DNA from: a virus
Virus record (IMG/VR): IMGVR_UViG_3300040811_000687
Direction: 5' to 3' (one strand)
DNA: 64,000 nt
Positions within the stretch are counted from its first letter, which is position 1. Each line of letters begins with the position of its first letter. Shown one piece after another: positions 9,345-19,971 of the stretch. Under the pieces are notes generated by a model, which saw only the letters and a program-made list of their open reading frames with translations, did no database searches and was not told where the DNA came from. The translations under genes and the position numbers were made by a program.

Positions 9345-11270
9345 ATGGCATTTCAAGTATCACCAGGTGTTCTTGTACAGGAAAGAGACTTAACTAGAAT
9401 CATTCCTGCTGTATCAACTTCAATAGGCGCTTTTGCTGGCGAGTTCAGAAAAGGTCCTTTAGATGAGATTACATCAATCTCTAGTGAACAAGAGTTAGTA
9501 AATGTTTTCGGCAAACCGGATAATTCAAATTTTGAATCATTCTTTTCAGCTGCAAACTTTTTACAATACTCTAACGCATTAAGAGTAGTACGAGTACAAA
9601 ATACTGGTTTAGCAAACGCAGCCGTTTCAGGCTCAGCAATTGCTATCAAAAATACACAAGACTACCAGGATAATTACAATACTGGTCAGGCGTCTGTCGG
9701 AGAATGGGCAGCTAGAACAGCGGGAGCATGGGGCAACGGCCTTAAAGTTTCTGCTTGTCACAGCGCAACAGCTTTCCAAGAGGATGCAAAAACAACAATA
9801 AGTGATTCTGCTATGTCTGTTGGTCACACAACAGTAACATTAGATGACGCAACTGGTTTTGCAGTCGGCGATATCGTTGAGTTTTCAACGAGTGCTGCTG
9901 GAACAGATTATGATGGCAGAAAATATAAAATAACAGGTGTTAACACTAACGACATAACTTTTGTTAGAGCGGATACACTACAAGGTGGTTTACATCAAGT
10001 ACCAGCTGATGGTGCAAACGTAAGAAGATTTTGGGAGTTCCATGAATTTGTTTCAGGTGCTCCAGGAACATCTCCTTACGCTGCTTCAAAAAGCGGAGTA
10101 AATGATGAAATGCACGTTGTCGTTGTAGACGAAGACGGTAATATCACAGGAAAAACTGGCGAAGTAATTGAAGTTTACGATAGAGTATCAAAAGCTTCAG
10201 ACGCTAAATCACCACAAGGCGATTCAAACTATGTAAGAGACGTAATTTATAATAAATCAAATTACATTTACTGGATGGATCATCACGCTTCAGGATCAAA
10301 CCATGGTTCAGCAGCTGCAGGAATAACTTTCACAGCAGTTGATACACCAAAAACTGATTCTTTAGTTAACGGTGCAGATGGTTCAGCAGCAACAGCTGGC
10401 GAAATCAAAACTGCTTACGAGTTGTTTGAAGACGCAGAAACAGTTGATGTAGGTTTAATCATCGGTGGATCTTGTAACGCTACACATGTAGACGATCTAA
10501 TAACAATTGCAGAAAAAAGAAAAGACGCTATCGCATTCGTATCTCCAGAGAGATCAGATGTTGCTGGTATCACTTCTTCAATCACTCAAACACAAAACGT
10601 ATTAGCATTTATGAACGGTATTCGTTCTTCATCTTACGTTATGTTAGATAGTGGTTACAAATACATGTACGACAGATATAATGACGTATATAGATTTGTT
10701 CCATTAAACGGTGACATTGCAGGCCTAGCAGCTAGAACTGACTTAATCGCAGATAGCTGGTTTTCTCCAGCAGGATTAAACAGAGGTGTTATCAGAGGTG
10801 CTGTTAAGTTAGCATATAATCCAAGTAAATCTCAAAGAGACGAATTGTACAAAGCAAGAATTAACCCAGTGGTTACATTCCCAGGCCAAGGTACAGTATT
10901 GTTTGGAGATAAAACTGGTTTATCTGCTCCTAGCGCATTTGATAGAATCAACGTTAGAAGATTGTTCATTGTTTTAGAGAAGGCAATATCAACTGCTTCT
11001 AAATTCCAACTTTTTGAATTCAATGATGAATTTACAAGAGCGAATTTCAGAAACATTGTAGAACCTTTTTTAAGAGAAGTACAAGGTAGACGAGGTATCA
11101 CAGACTTTTTAGTAGTATGTGATGAAACAAATAACACAGGTGAAGTAATTGATAGAAATGAATTTATTGCTGAGATATTTATTAAACCAGCAAGAAGTAT
11201 CAACTTTATTACATTACAATTCATCGCAACACGAACCGGCGTTTCTTTTGAAGAAGTCGCAGGCGGTTAA
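9345..11270 (+). CDS. gp18: Tail sheath protein gp18
   Basis: SPGVLVQERDLT, WFSPAGLNRG, FDRINVRRLF. Confidence 0.97.
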   Translation: MAFQVSPGVLVQERDLTRIIPAVSTSIGAFAGEFRKGPLDEITSISSEQELVNVFGKPDNSNFESFFSAANFLQYSNALRVVRVQNTGLANAAVSGSAIAIKNTQDYQDNYNTGQASVGEWAARTAGAWGNGLKVSACHSATAFQEDAKTTISDSAMSVGHTTVTLDDATGFAVGDIVEFSTSAAGTDYDGRKYKITGVNTNDITFVRADTLQGGLHQVPADGANVRRFWEFHEFVSGAPGTSPYAASKSGVNDEMHVVVVDEDGNITGKTGEVIEVYDRVSKASDAKSPQGDSNYVRDVIYNKSNYIYWMDHHASGSNHGSAAAGITFTAVDTPKTDSLVNGADGSAATAGEIKTAYELFEDAETVDVGLIIGGSCNATHVDDLITIAEKRKDAIAFVSPERSDVAGITSSITQTQNVLAFMNGIRSSSYVMLDSGYKYMYDRYNDVYRFVPLNGDIAGLAARTDLIADSWFSPAGLNRGVIRGAVKLAYNPSKSQRDELYKARINPVVTFPGQGTVLFGDKTGLSAPSAFDRINVRRLFIVLEKAISTASKFQLFEFNDEFTRANFRNIVEPFLREVQGRRGITDFLVVCDETNNTGEVIDRNEFIAEIFIKPARSINFITLQFIATRTGVSFEEVAGG

Positions 11271-11291
11271 TTAGTAGAGGAGAAATAAAAA

Positions 11292-11819
11292 ATGGCAAAC
11301 ATTAATGACTTCAAAGCTAAACTTGCAGGCGGTGGCGCAAGAGCCAATCAGTTTAAGGTTACAATGCCTTTTCCTGGTTATGCACAGGTTGGTGGAGAAA
11401 TAGAAGACTTAGCATTTTTATGTACAGCTACATCTATACCAGGTATGACCGTTGCTAATATCAACGTTCCATTTAGAGGTAGAGCAATTAAAATTGCAGG
11501 TGATAGAACAATTCCGTCATGGTCAATTACGGTACTAAACGATACAAATTTCAAAATCAGAAATGCTTTTGAAAGATGGCAGAATGGTATCAATAATATG
11601 ACTGATAACGAGGGGTTAACTAATCCAGTTGACTACCAAGTAGACGCTTTTGTTGATCATCTTGACAGAAATGGTAATAACGTTAAATCGTATACTTTGA
11701 GAGGACTGTTTCCTACAGAGATCGGTGGTATTGATTTAAGTATGGGCGAAGCAACAGAAATAGAAACTTTTGGTGTGACGTTTGAATATCAATACTTTGA
11801 AACAAATACTACAACGTAA
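11292..11819 (+). CDS. gp19: Tail tube protein gp19
   Basis: GGGARANQF, FRGRAIKIAGDRT, LNDTNFKIRNAFERW. Confidence 0.95.
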   Translation: MANINDFKAKLAGGGARANQFKVTMPFPGYAQVGGEIEDLAFLCTATSIPGMTVANINVPFRGRAIKIAGDRTIPSWSITVLNDTNFKIRNAFERWQNGINNMTDNEGLTNPVDYQVDAFVDHLDRNGNNVKSYTLRGLFPTEIGGIDLSMGEATEIETFGVTFEYQYFETNTTT

Positions 11820-11828
11820 TACAAAATT

Positions 11829-11871
11829 AGGAGGCGGCCTAAAAACCGCCTTCTTAAAACTATTATAAGTA
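11829..11871 (+). terminator. Hairpin (terminator-like) followed by late promoter variant TATAAGTA
   Basis: GGAGGCGG-CCTAAAAA-CCGCCTTC; TATAAGTA at 11864-11871. Confidence 0.6.
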
Positions 11872-11898
11872 GTAGTAGAACAAACAGGAGATAATATT

Positions 11899-13419
11899 AT
11901 GGCAGAGTTTTTTGGATTTAAGATTACACGAGATAAACCTAAATCCGATCCAAAACAAAACTTTAGTACACCACAAGCAGAGGACGGTACACAAGTAGTC
12001 GCTGCTGGAGGGTATTTTGCGTCTCACCTTGACATGGAAGGAAACGCAAAGACTGAAGCGGATCTAATAAGAAGATACAGAGAAATTTCAATACATCCAG
12101 AATGTGATATGGCGATTGAGGATATTGTCAATGAGGCAATAGTTTCAAACGAAAATAAACAGGCTGTTAGATTAATGACAGATAATGTTCCTTACAGTAG
12201 GGATATTAAGAGAAGACTTGAAGAAGAATTTACAGAGATATTAAGATTACTACAATTCAACAGTAGAGGCCACGAGTTGTTTAGACGTTGGTATGTTGAT
12301 GGTAGAATATACTTTCAAAAGATAATTGATACAGAATCAGGTAAGAAAGGTATTACAGAATTAAAATATCTTGATCCTCGGAAAATCAAAAAAATCAGAG
12401 AAGTAAGAAAGAGAAGACCTGACGGAGTTGCTCCATCGGCTACGAATTTAGTAGACGAAACTATGGAATACTTTTTGTATAATGAAAGAGGTGTAGGTGG
12501 TGCTAGTTTACAAGGTATTAAAATTGCCGTAGACACTATCGCATTTTGTCCATCAGGATTAATAGATCAAAACAAAAATTTAATTTTATCGTTTTTACAT
12601 AAAGCAATTAAACCAGTTAATCAATTAAGAATGATTGAAGACGCTGCTGTTATTTACAGAATAGCAAGAGCGCCTGAAAGACGTATATTCAAAATTGATG
12701 TTGGTAATTTGCCTAAAATGAAAGCTGAACAATATTTAAGAGACGTTATGGCAAGATACAGAAACAAACTTGTATATGACGCAGCTACTGGTGAAATCAG
12801 AGACGATAGAAATTATATGTCAATGTTAGAAGACTTTTGGTTACCAAGCAGAGAGGGTGGTAGAGGTACAGATATTACTACTTTACCAGGTGGTCAGAAT
12901 TTAGGTGAGATTACAGACATAGAATACTTTAGAGCAAAACTTTATAGATCATTGAATGTACCTTCAAGTAGATTAGAAGCTTCAACAGGTTTTAATTTAG
13001 GAAGATCAACAGAAATAACAAGAGACGAATTAAAATTTACTAAATTTGTTCAAAAATTAAGAAAAAAATTTATTGAACTATTTAATGATATTTTAAAAAC
13101 ACAATTAATATTAAAAGGAATCATTGCTGAAGAAGAATGGCCAATGATTAGAGATAATATTTTTTATGATTTTTTACAAGACGGTCACTTTGCAGAATTA
13201 AAGCAGGCTGAAATGTTAAAAGATAGAATACAACTGGCTAACGATGTAAGAGATTATGTTGGTAAGTATTTTTCAGTTGAGTATGTTAGAAAAAATATAC
13301 TAAAACAATCTGATCAAGATATAGAGAAGATTGATAGTCAAATCAAAAAAGAAATTGACGATGGAATTATATCATCACCACAAGATCAGGTTGTTGATAG
13401 TGAGGATTCGTTCAATTAA
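11899..13419 (+). CDS. gp20: Portal protein gp20
   Basis: RRWYVDGR, IYRIARAPERR, MLEDFWLP.REGGRGT.ITTLPGG. Confidence 0.97.
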   Translation: MAEFFGFKITRDKPKSDPKQNFSTPQAEDGTQVVAAGGYFASHLDMEGNAKTEADLIRRYREISIHPECDMAIEDIVNEAIVSNENKQAVRLMTDNVPYSRDIKRRLEEEFTEILRLLQFNSRGHELFRRWYVDGRIYFQKIIDTESGKKGITELKYLDPRKIKKIREVRKRRPDGVAPSATNLVDETMEYFLYNERGVGGASLQGIKIAVDTIAFCPSGLIDQNKNLILSFLHKAIKPVNQLRMIEDAAVIYRIARAPERRIFKIDVGNLPKMKAEQYLRDVMARYRNKLVYDAATGEIRDDRNYMSMLEDFWLPSREGGRGTDITTLPGGQNLGEITDIEYFRAKLYRSLNVPSSRLEASTGFNLGRSTEITRDELKFTKFVQKLRKKFIELFNDILKTQLILKGIIAEEEWPMIRDNIFYDFLQDGHFAELKQAEMLKDRIQLANDVRDYVGKYFSVEYVRKNILKQSDQDIEKIDSQIKKEIDDGIISSPQDQVVDSEDSFN

Positions 13420-13439
13420 TAAATTAATGGAGAACAATT

Positions 13440-13775
13440 ATGAGTAGTGAAGTAAAAAACTTTATAGATAAATTAAGTGCCGGTAAAAACGCAGAAGCCG
13501 GTGACGCTTTTAAAGACGCATTAAGAACAAAAGTAGGTGACGCATTAGACCAGAAAAGACAAGATGTTGCTGGCAATATGTTTAACGCAATTGGTGATAA
13601 AAAACCTGAAGTAGCAACTCCAGGACAATTCAATCAAGACGGAACAATTACAAATGCCGATGGTACACCAGGTCAAACAGGTGCAGAAATGTCAGCAGCT
13701 ACGGCTCCTGAAGTAACAGAACCATCTGTTGATTTAGCGCCAGAAACACCAGCAGTTGATACACCAGAGGTATAA
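13440..13775 (+). CDS. Prohead core protein, gp67-like
   Basis: Position after gp20; A.DAFKDAL..KV.DALD helix; acidic tail. Confidence 0.6.
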   Translation: MSSEVKNFIDKLSAGKNAEAGDAFKDALRTKVGDALDQKRQDVAGNMFNAIGDKKPEVATPGQFNQDGTITNADGTPGQTGAEMSAATAPEVTEPSVDLAPETPAVDTPEV

Positions 13776-13779
13776 TTAA

Positions 13780-14046
13780 ATGTTAAGAGTAAGTGACATT
13801 GTAGAAGAACAAAAACTATTTAATAGTAATGCATTTAAACAATTAACTCCTGTTTTACAAGACGCTGTTAAACAAATATACAAAACTATAGAAGAAGACG
13901 AAAATATTACTGTTGATAATTTGGCAGAAAAATTTGAACTTGCTGTAGATAATGTTGCTACTATTAACACGATAGAAAAAGAACAATTAGAGGGTTATTT
14001 TGATGATGAAATAACTGAACAATTAGAGAAATTAGGAGAAGAATAA
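13780..14046 (+). CDS. Acidic prohead core-like protein (gp68 position)
   Basis: Synteny between portal and protease; very acidic. Confidence 0.5.
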   Translation: MLRVSDIVEEQKLFNSNAFKQLTPVLQDAVKQIYKTIEEDENITVDNLAEKFELAVDNVATINTIEKEQLEGYFDDEITEQLEKLGEE

Positions 14047-14438
14047 TGGCAGATACAGTTACAACTCAAACCATATCAGATACATCTGGTATAAAGTATG
14101 TAGTTAAATTGACTAACATATCAGATGGTACTGGAGAAACTTTAGTAAAAAAAATAGACGCTTCAGCGTTAACTTTTATGACCGAAGATGGTAATAGAAA
14201 GTTAAGTAAGATATGGTATTCAGTAAATACTAACAATAATAAATCAGCAGTTGAGTTGTTATGGGACGGTACTGTAAATTCTACAATTGTTTTTTTATCT
14301 GGAAATGGTCATTGGGATTTAAGAACTTCTGGAAATGAGATTGGTAACAATTCTACAACGCCTACAGGTGACGTGTTGTTATCCACTAAAAATTTTGCAG
14401 CTGGAGATAATTATACGATTTTACTAGAGTTTAGATAA
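14046..14438 (+). CDS. Conserved hypothetical virion protein
   Basis: AGGAG RBS; TNISDGTGE...SGNGHWDL...TGDVLLST motif; head gene cluster. Confidence 0.6.
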   Translation: MADTVTTQTISDTSGIKYVVKLTNISDGTGETLVKKIDASALTFMTEDGNRKLSKIWYSVNTNNNKSAVELLWDGTVNSTIVFLSGNGHWDLRTSGNEIGNNSTTPTGDVLLSTKNFAAGDNYTILLEFR

Positions 14439-14445
14439 AAATTAT

Positions 14446-14453
14446 TATAAATA
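14446..14453 (+). promoter_or_regulatory. Late promoter
   Basis: TATAAATA upstream of gp21. Confidence 0.75.
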
Positions 14454-14482
14454 TAAGGAAGTTTTAAACATAGAGGGAATTT

Positions 14483-15127
14483 ATGAAATTAATATCTGAA
14501 GAAGTAACAAACGCAGAATATATCGTTGAAGAAAACAACGGTAAAAAGAATTACAAAATTAGAGGAATCTTCTTACAATCTGAAATCAAAAATAGAAATG
14601 GACGAGTATATGAAAAAGAGATTTTAGAGAAAGAAGTAAGAAGATATAACGCAGAATTTATTAATAAAAAAAGAGCATTTGGTGAACTTGGACATCCAGA
14701 CAGTCCAACAGTAAATTTAGAGAGAGTGTCACATATGATTACTACTCTTTATCCAGATGGTACTAATTTTATTGGTGAAGCTAAGATAATGAACACACCT
14801 TACGGTAAGATTGTAAAAGGTCTTATTGACGAAGGCGCTCAATTGGGTGTATCATCTAGAGGTATGGGTTCTTTATCACAAAGAGGTGGTGTTAATTATG
14901 TAGGTAGAGATTTTTATTTAGCTACAGCCGCTGACATTGTTGCAGATCCAAGCGCTCCAGACGCTTTCGTAGAAGGCATAATGGAGAACAAAAACTGGGT
15001 ATGGGACAATGGCGTTCTTGTTGAAAAGGACATTAGTGACTGGAAGACAAGTATTGAAAGAGCTAAAAGTATTGCCTTAGCAGAAGCTAAAGCAAAAGTC
15101 TTTAAGGACTTTCTTAAAAAACTCTAG
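14483..15127 (+). CDS. gp21: Prohead protease gp21
   Basis: NRNGRVY, GELGHP, GVSSRGMGS, DIVADPSAPDAFV. Confidence 0.97.
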   Translation: MKLISEEVTNAEYIVEENNGKKNYKIRGIFLQSEIKNRNGRVYEKEILEKEVRRYNAEFINKKRAFGELGHPDSPTVNLERVSHMITTLYPDGTNFIGEAKIMNTPYGKIVKGLIDEGAQLGVSSRGMGSLSQRGGVNYVGRDFYLATAADIVADPSAPDAFVEGIMENKNWVWDNGVLVEKDISDWKTSIERAKSIALAEAKAKVFKDFLKKL

Positions 15128-15130
15128 TTT

Positions 15131-15138
15131 TATAAATA
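15131..15138 (+). promoter_or_regulatory. Late promoter
   Basis: TATAAATA upstream of gp22/gp23. Confidence 0.75.
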
Positions 15139-15195
15139 TAACACGAGAATTTATAACTAGTTAAAGAATAAAATAAATAATAAGGAGATATCTCA

Positions 15196-16386
15196 ATGTC
15201 AGAAAACTTAAAGAACATTGAAGCAACAACAGATCAAAATACGGCAGTAGCTGAAAATGCTAACCCGAATGCTGATCTACCGAAAAAGAACGCTGTAGCG
15301 TCTGAACCAACTCATCTGAAAAACGATGCTGAGGATTTAGGTGCAGCTGTAGTTAAACCTACAGATAGCAATCCGGATGCTTCAAAATCAACTAAAGAAG
15401 TTTCTGGTCAGGCTCCTCAAAAATCTGAAGGTGCTCCCGAAGCTATGCCAAAATTAGCAGGACACAATACGAAATTAGAGTCTACAGAAACAAAAGCTGA
15501 CGATAAAGAAACAGTTAAAGAAGGCGAAATGCCAGCTGGTCTGAAAAAATACCTTGACAAGAAAAATGACAAGGAAGCTGATACTAAAAAAGAAGAAGTT
15601 GAAGCGAAAAAAGAAGACGAGAAGGCAGAGAACAAAGAGAAAGACATAGACGTAAAAGAACATGTTGAAGCTCTTGTTGCTGGAAATGCTGACTTATCGG
15701 AAGAATTTAAAGACAAAGCCGCAACTATTTTTGAAACAGCAATTAAATCTAAAGTAAAAGAAATCGCTGAAGAAATGGAAACGGATTACAATAAAAGATT
15801 CGAGGAAGAAACCTCTACAGCAAAAGCTGAGTTAGTGGAAAAAGTTGATTCTTACCTATCATACGTGGTAGAAGAATGGATGAAAGAAAACGAACTTGCT
15901 TTAGAAAGAGGAATCAAAGGCGAAATCGCTGAGGACTTCATAAGTGGTTTGAAAAAACTATTTGAAGATCACTACATTGATGTTCCAGACGAAAAATATA
16001 ATGTGTTAGAAGATCAAGCTTCAAAAATTGAAACGTTAGAAAAAAAACTTAACGAGTCAATAGAGAAGAATGTTGAATTAAGTAAGTTAGGTAATAAGTA
16101 CAAAGCAGCTGAAATTTTAGATGAAGCTTCTAAAGACTTAACTGAAACTGCAAAAGAAAAATTCAACAAACTTGCTGAAGAAGTAGATTATTCAACAGAA
16201 GCAGATTACAGAGAAAAAGTTAAGACAATTAAAGAGTCTTACTTTAAATCCAAAGACGTTTCTGGTGACGGTATAGATGAAGTAGCGGCTGGCGAAGGAA
16301 CTCCTAACGAGGACCTAAGCAATGCGATGGCTGCTTATAGTGCCGCTATAAGTCAAACAAAAGACATTAAATTGTCTAACAAATAA
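15196..16386 (+). CDS. gp22: Prohead scaffold protein gp22
   Basis: LSEEFKDKAATIFE, VDSYLSYVVEEWM, acidic coiled coil. Confidence 0.93.
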   Translation: MSENLKNIEATTDQNTAVAENANPNADLPKKNAVASEPTHLKNDAEDLGAAVVKPTDSNPDASKSTKEVSGQAPQKSEGAPEAMPKLAGHNTKLESTETKADDKETVKEGEMPAGLKKYLDKKNDKEADTKKEEVEAKKEDEKAENKEKDIDVKEHVEALVAGNADLSEEFKDKAATIFETAIKSKVKEIAEEMETDYNKRFEEETSTAKAELVEKVDSYLSYVVEEWMKENELALERGIKGEIAEDFISGLKKLFEDHYIDVPDEKYNVLEDQASKIETLEKKLNESIEKNVELSKLGNKYKAAEILDEASKDLTETAKEKFNKLAEEVDYSTEADYREKVKTIKESYFKSKDVSGDGIDEVAAGEGTPNEDLSNAMAAYSAAISQTKDIKLSNK

Positions 16387-16408
16387 TAATAATAGGGAGA
16401 TAAAAAAC

Positions 16409-17743
16409 ATGTATTTATCAGAACAATACGAAAAAAAATGGCAGCCAGTTTTAGAGCATCCTGATTTACCAAAAATCGGTGATTCTTACAAACGTGCCGT
16501 TACTGCTACGATCTTGGAAAACCAAGAAAGAGCTATGAAGGAAGACAGCGCATTTATGACTGAAGCTGCTCCTACAAACAATACTGGTGGAACTTCAAAT
16601 TGGGATCCAATTTTAATTTCATTAGTAAGAAGAGCAATGCCAAACCTTATCGCTTACGATATTGCTGGTGTTCAACCAATGACTGGTCCAACTGGACTTA
16701 TTTTCGCAATGAGATCAAGATATACTTCAGCAACTGGAGCAGAAGCTCTATTTGACGAAGCTGATACTGATTACTCATCTAGAAATGCTGCTGGTGATTC
16801 AAACGCATATGACGGAGTAACTGAGCACAGAGGATCTAATCCATCTGTACTTAATGACTCACCTGCTGGCGAATACACTAGAGGTCAAGGTATGACAACT
16901 GCTGAAGCTGAGGCTTTAGGCGACGCTTCTGCTAATCAGTTTGCTGAAATGGCTTTCTCAATTGAGAAAACTACAGTGACTGCAAGAAGCAGAGCTCTTA
17001 AAGCAGAATACACTATGGAACTTGCTCAAGATTTAAAAGCAATCCACGGTTTAGACGCTGAAACTGAATTAGCAAACATTCTATCTGCTGAAATCCTTGC
17101 GGAAATCAACAGAGAAGTTGTTAGATCAGTTTACATCAATTCAGAAAAAGGCGCTGCTACAAACACAACTACTGCTGGTGTATTTGATTTAGATACAGAC
17201 TCTAACGGTAGATGGTCAGTTGAGAGATTTAAAGGTCTTATGTTCCAATTGGAAAGAGACGCAAACAGAATCGCTCAAAGAACAAGAAGAGGTAAAGGGA
17301 ACATGATTATTTGTTCTGCTGATGTCGCTTCTGCTCTACAAATGGCTGGTGTTTTAGATTACACGCCTGCTTTAAACAACAATCTAAACGTTGATGACAC
17401 TGGTTCAACATTCGCTGGTGTATTAAACGGTAGATTCAAAGTATACATTGATCCATATAGTGCAAACTCAAGCGCTAACCAATACTACGTTGTTGGTTAC
17501 AAAGGTACTTCACCTTATGACGCTGGTATGTTCTATTGTCCATATGTTCCACTACAAATGGTGAGAGCAGTTGGTCAAGATACTTTCCAACCAAAAATTG
17601 GTTTCAAAACTAGATACGGTTTAGTTGCGAATCCTTTTGCGGAAACTGGTGCTGCTTCGGGTGCGGTTACAGGAATCACTGATTCAGGTACACCTAACTC
17701 AAACAGATACTACCAAAAAGTTAAAGTAGCAAACATCATGTAA
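16409..17743 (+). CDS. gp23: Major capsid protein gp23
   Basis: GVQPMTGPTGLIFAMR, SRALKAEYT.ELAQDLKAIHGLDAE, YCPYVPL. Confidence 0.99.
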   Translation: MYLSEQYEKKWQPVLEHPDLPKIGDSYKRAVTATILENQERAMKEDSAFMTEAAPTNNTGGTSNWDPILISLVRRAMPNLIAYDIAGVQPMTGPTGLIFAMRSRYTSATGAEALFDEADTDYSSRNAAGDSNAYDGVTEHRGSNPSVLNDSPAGEYTRGQGMTTAEAEALGDASANQFAEMAFSIEKTTVTARSRALKAEYTMELAQDLKAIHGLDAETELANILSAEILAEINREVVRSVYINSEKGAATNTTTAGVFDLDTDSNGRWSVERFKGLMFQLERDANRIAQRTRRGKGNMIICSADVASALQMAGVLDYTPALNNNLNVDDTGSTFAGVLNGRFKVYIDPYSANSSANQYYVVGYKGTSPYDAGMFYCPYVPLQMVRAVGQDTFQPKIGFKTRYGLVANPFAETGAASGAVTGITDSGTPNSNRYYQKVKVANIM

Positions 17744-17765
17744 TACGTTGTTTAGACGTTTTATT

Positions 17766-17796
17766 AAAAAAGGGGGCTTCGGTCCCCTTTTTTTTT
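17766..17796 (+). terminator. Rho-independent terminator after gp23
   Basis: AAAAAAGGGGGC-TTCG-GTCCCCTTTTTTTTT. Confidence 0.9.
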
Positions 17797-17823
17797 GGTC
17801 CTAATAATGGGATAAATAAAAGT

Positions 17824-18585
17824 ATGGAAAAAGTAATTATAGATGATAATGGTAATGAAATAACTGATGGTATGAAAATTAAAAGATCAGAATGGAATCT
17901 TTTACCTAATAAAAATAAAGTATATAAATCAACAAAAGTTAATTTAGATTTATCACATAGATGTCCTTTAGAGTGTTTACGTTGTCCTAGACAAACGTAT
18001 GATTATAAAGGTAAAATTCAATATAGAGGTGAATTAAAAAAAGAAGGTCTAAAAAAGAAACCAGTACCAGGCAGAGATATAACAATGGAAGAATTTGATA
18101 AAATTACAGATTATTTTGCTACGATACAATTTTGTGGACAATATTCTGATCCTATACATCATCCACATTTTATTGATATGTTAAAAATGATAAAAAGAAA
18201 AGGTTTAAGAAGTCAAGTACATTGTGCCTCTAATTATAAATCAGACGAATGGTTTAAAGAAGCATTTGAGGCCTGTCCTGAAGCACAATGGTGGTTTGGT
18301 ATAGATGGATTACCTAAAGATAGTCACAAGTATAGAATAAATCAAGATGGTGAAATGCATTTTAAAAGATTAAAAATGGCAAGACAGATATTAACTAGAA
18401 AACCTATATGGCAATATATTGTTTTTAGTTACAATCAACATGATATAGAAAAGGCTATGAAAATGGCTGAAGATATAGATGTTATTTTTAGTGTCATAAA
18501 CAGTGGTAGGTGGGACAACAAAGGTCCAGATAAACTAGCTCCTACAAACGGAAAAGGAATTAAAGCAAATGAATATGAAAAATAA
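17824..18585 (+). CDS. Radical SAM enzyme (core domain only)
   Basis: CxxxCxxC (CPLECLRC), FCGQYSDP, FGIDGL, WQYIVFSYN. Confidence 0.85.
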   Translation: MEKVIIDDNGNEITDGMKIKRSEWNLLPNKNKVYKSTKVNLDLSHRCPLECLRCPRQTYDYKGKIQYRGELKKEGLKKKPVPGRDITMEEFDKITDYFATIQFCGQYSDPIHHPHFIDMLKMIKRKGLRSQVHCASNYKSDEWFKEAFEACPEAQWWFGIDGLPKDSHKYRINQDGEMHFKRLKMARQILTRKPIWQYIVFSYNQHDIEKAMKMAEDIDVIFSVINSGRWDNKGPDKLAPTNGKGIKANEYEK

Positions 18586-19039
18586 AATTAAATTTAATTT
18601 TCCACACGTAAGCGAATATGAAGAAAAAGGAAAAATAGGAACTAATCATACTAAACTATATGATGATGACGGTAATATAATATCAGATGAAGAAAATGGT
18701 ATCAAAAGCAATGTTGGAATAAAACCTATGTGCATTAGAGGAAACATGAACTTGGCCGTAACTAATAGAGGTCAATTATTACCTTGTTGTAAATGTGATA
18801 CTCATAGAATGATGAAAGATCCGGAGTTTAAAAAATTAGTGGATAATAGTTATCTTACAGATTATGATAGTGTAAATGACCTATTGAATAATGATTATTA
18901 CAAAGCCTTTCAAGAGTCATTAGAACGCAATAGAGGTCCTTTTGCTTGTTGGGATCTTTGTAGAACTAATAAAGAAAAAGGTAGACAAGAAATGACAGTA
19001 GCCGTAAAAGGTGAATTAAAAATATGGGAAAGAAAATAA
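18569..19039 (+). CDS. Stand-alone SPASM/twitch-like Fe-S domain protein
   Basis: C...LAVTNRGQLLPCCKC...CWDLC; overlaps the radical SAM gene. Confidence 0.7.
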   Translation: MNMKNKIKFNFPHVSEYEEKGKIGTNHTKLYDDDGNIISDEENGIKSNVGIKPMCIRGNMNLAVTNRGQLLPCCKCDTHRMMKDPEFKKLVDNSYLTDYDSVNDLLNNDYYKAFQESLERNRGPFACWDLCRTNKEKGRQEMTVAVKGELKIWERK

Positions 19040-19052
19040 TATAAATAGTAGT

Positions 19053-19304
19053 ATGAAAAATTTATTAAGATCAATATTAGGTATATTAGTAGTAATAGTA
19101 TGTATTAAAGTTTTTGCTTTATTCGTATTCTTATGTTATATTGGTTTTTTTGTACCCGAATCACCAAATCCTCTAGAAAGTATTGAAGATAAAATAGAAC
19201 AGGTTGAGAAAAAAGAACGTGTTTTAACTGAAAACGAAAAAGAATTAGAGAAGAAATCTACAGAAAAAGACTGGGATGAAGTAGATAAGGAACGTAATAA
19301 ATAG
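19053..19304 (+). CDS. Small membrane protein
   Basis: Long hydrophobic N-terminus, charged C-terminus; own late promoter at 19040. Confidence 0.6.
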   Translation: MKNLLRSILGILVVIVCIKVFALFVFLCYIGFFVPESPNPLESIEDKIEQVEKKERVLTENEKELEKKSTEKDWDEVDKERNK

Positions 19305-19308
19305 TATT

Positions 19309-19929
19309 ATGACAACACTAAAAAACAGACAGCCTACAAAATTAGACTATGCAAGTCCAACACAATTTAAATTTAGTATAGTTAAATTGCCAAAAGTAGA
19401 ATATTTTTGTACAGCTGCAACAGTACCTGGAATATCATTAGCCAATACGCCAGCACAAGTAACACCACTTAAAGATATACCTCTACCTGGTGATAAGTTA
19501 GATTATGAAAAACTTGTTTGTACGTTTTTGGTAGATGAAAATTTAGAAAATTATCAAGAGATACACGGTTGGTTAAGAGGTTTAGGTTTTCCCGAAGATA
19601 ACAAAGAACATCAAAATCTTTTAGTAAGTGGTAACGATAGATTTCCTGGTAGTACAAGCAGTGTATTAGGTGAAGCAGGCCGAACAAAATATGCACCACC
19701 AAAAACAGGTGGTCTTTTTTCAGATGCTACGTTAAATGTGTTATCAAATAAAAATAATTCCGTAATAGAAGTTAGATTTAGAGACGTATTTCCTATTTCT
19801 CTAACTGGCCTCTCTTACAACCAACAAGCAACAGATGTTGATTATCTTACGGCAACTGTTACATTTGATTATAAGATATACGATTTTGCTACTAAAGGTG
19901 CAAGTCGGACAACAGTTACAACATCTTAA
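19309..19929 (+). CDS. gp3: Tail tube terminator/completion protein gp3
   Basis: SPTQFKF..KLPKVEYF, PGDKLDY, FLVDENLENYQEIHGW. Confidence 0.88.
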   Translation: MTTLKNRQPTKLDYASPTQFKFSIVKLPKVEYFCTAATVPGISLANTPAQVTPLKDIPLPGDKLDYEKLVCTFLVDENLENYQEIHGWLRGLGFPEDNKEHQNLLVSGNDRFPGSTSSVLGEAGRTKYAPPKTGGLFSDATLNVLSNKNNSVIEVRFRDVFPISLTGLSYNQQATDVDYLTATVTFDYKIYDFATKGASRTTVTTS

Positions 19930-19971
19930 TAAATAAGACTAGTAACAAAATGAAAGAAAAGTGGAGATATA

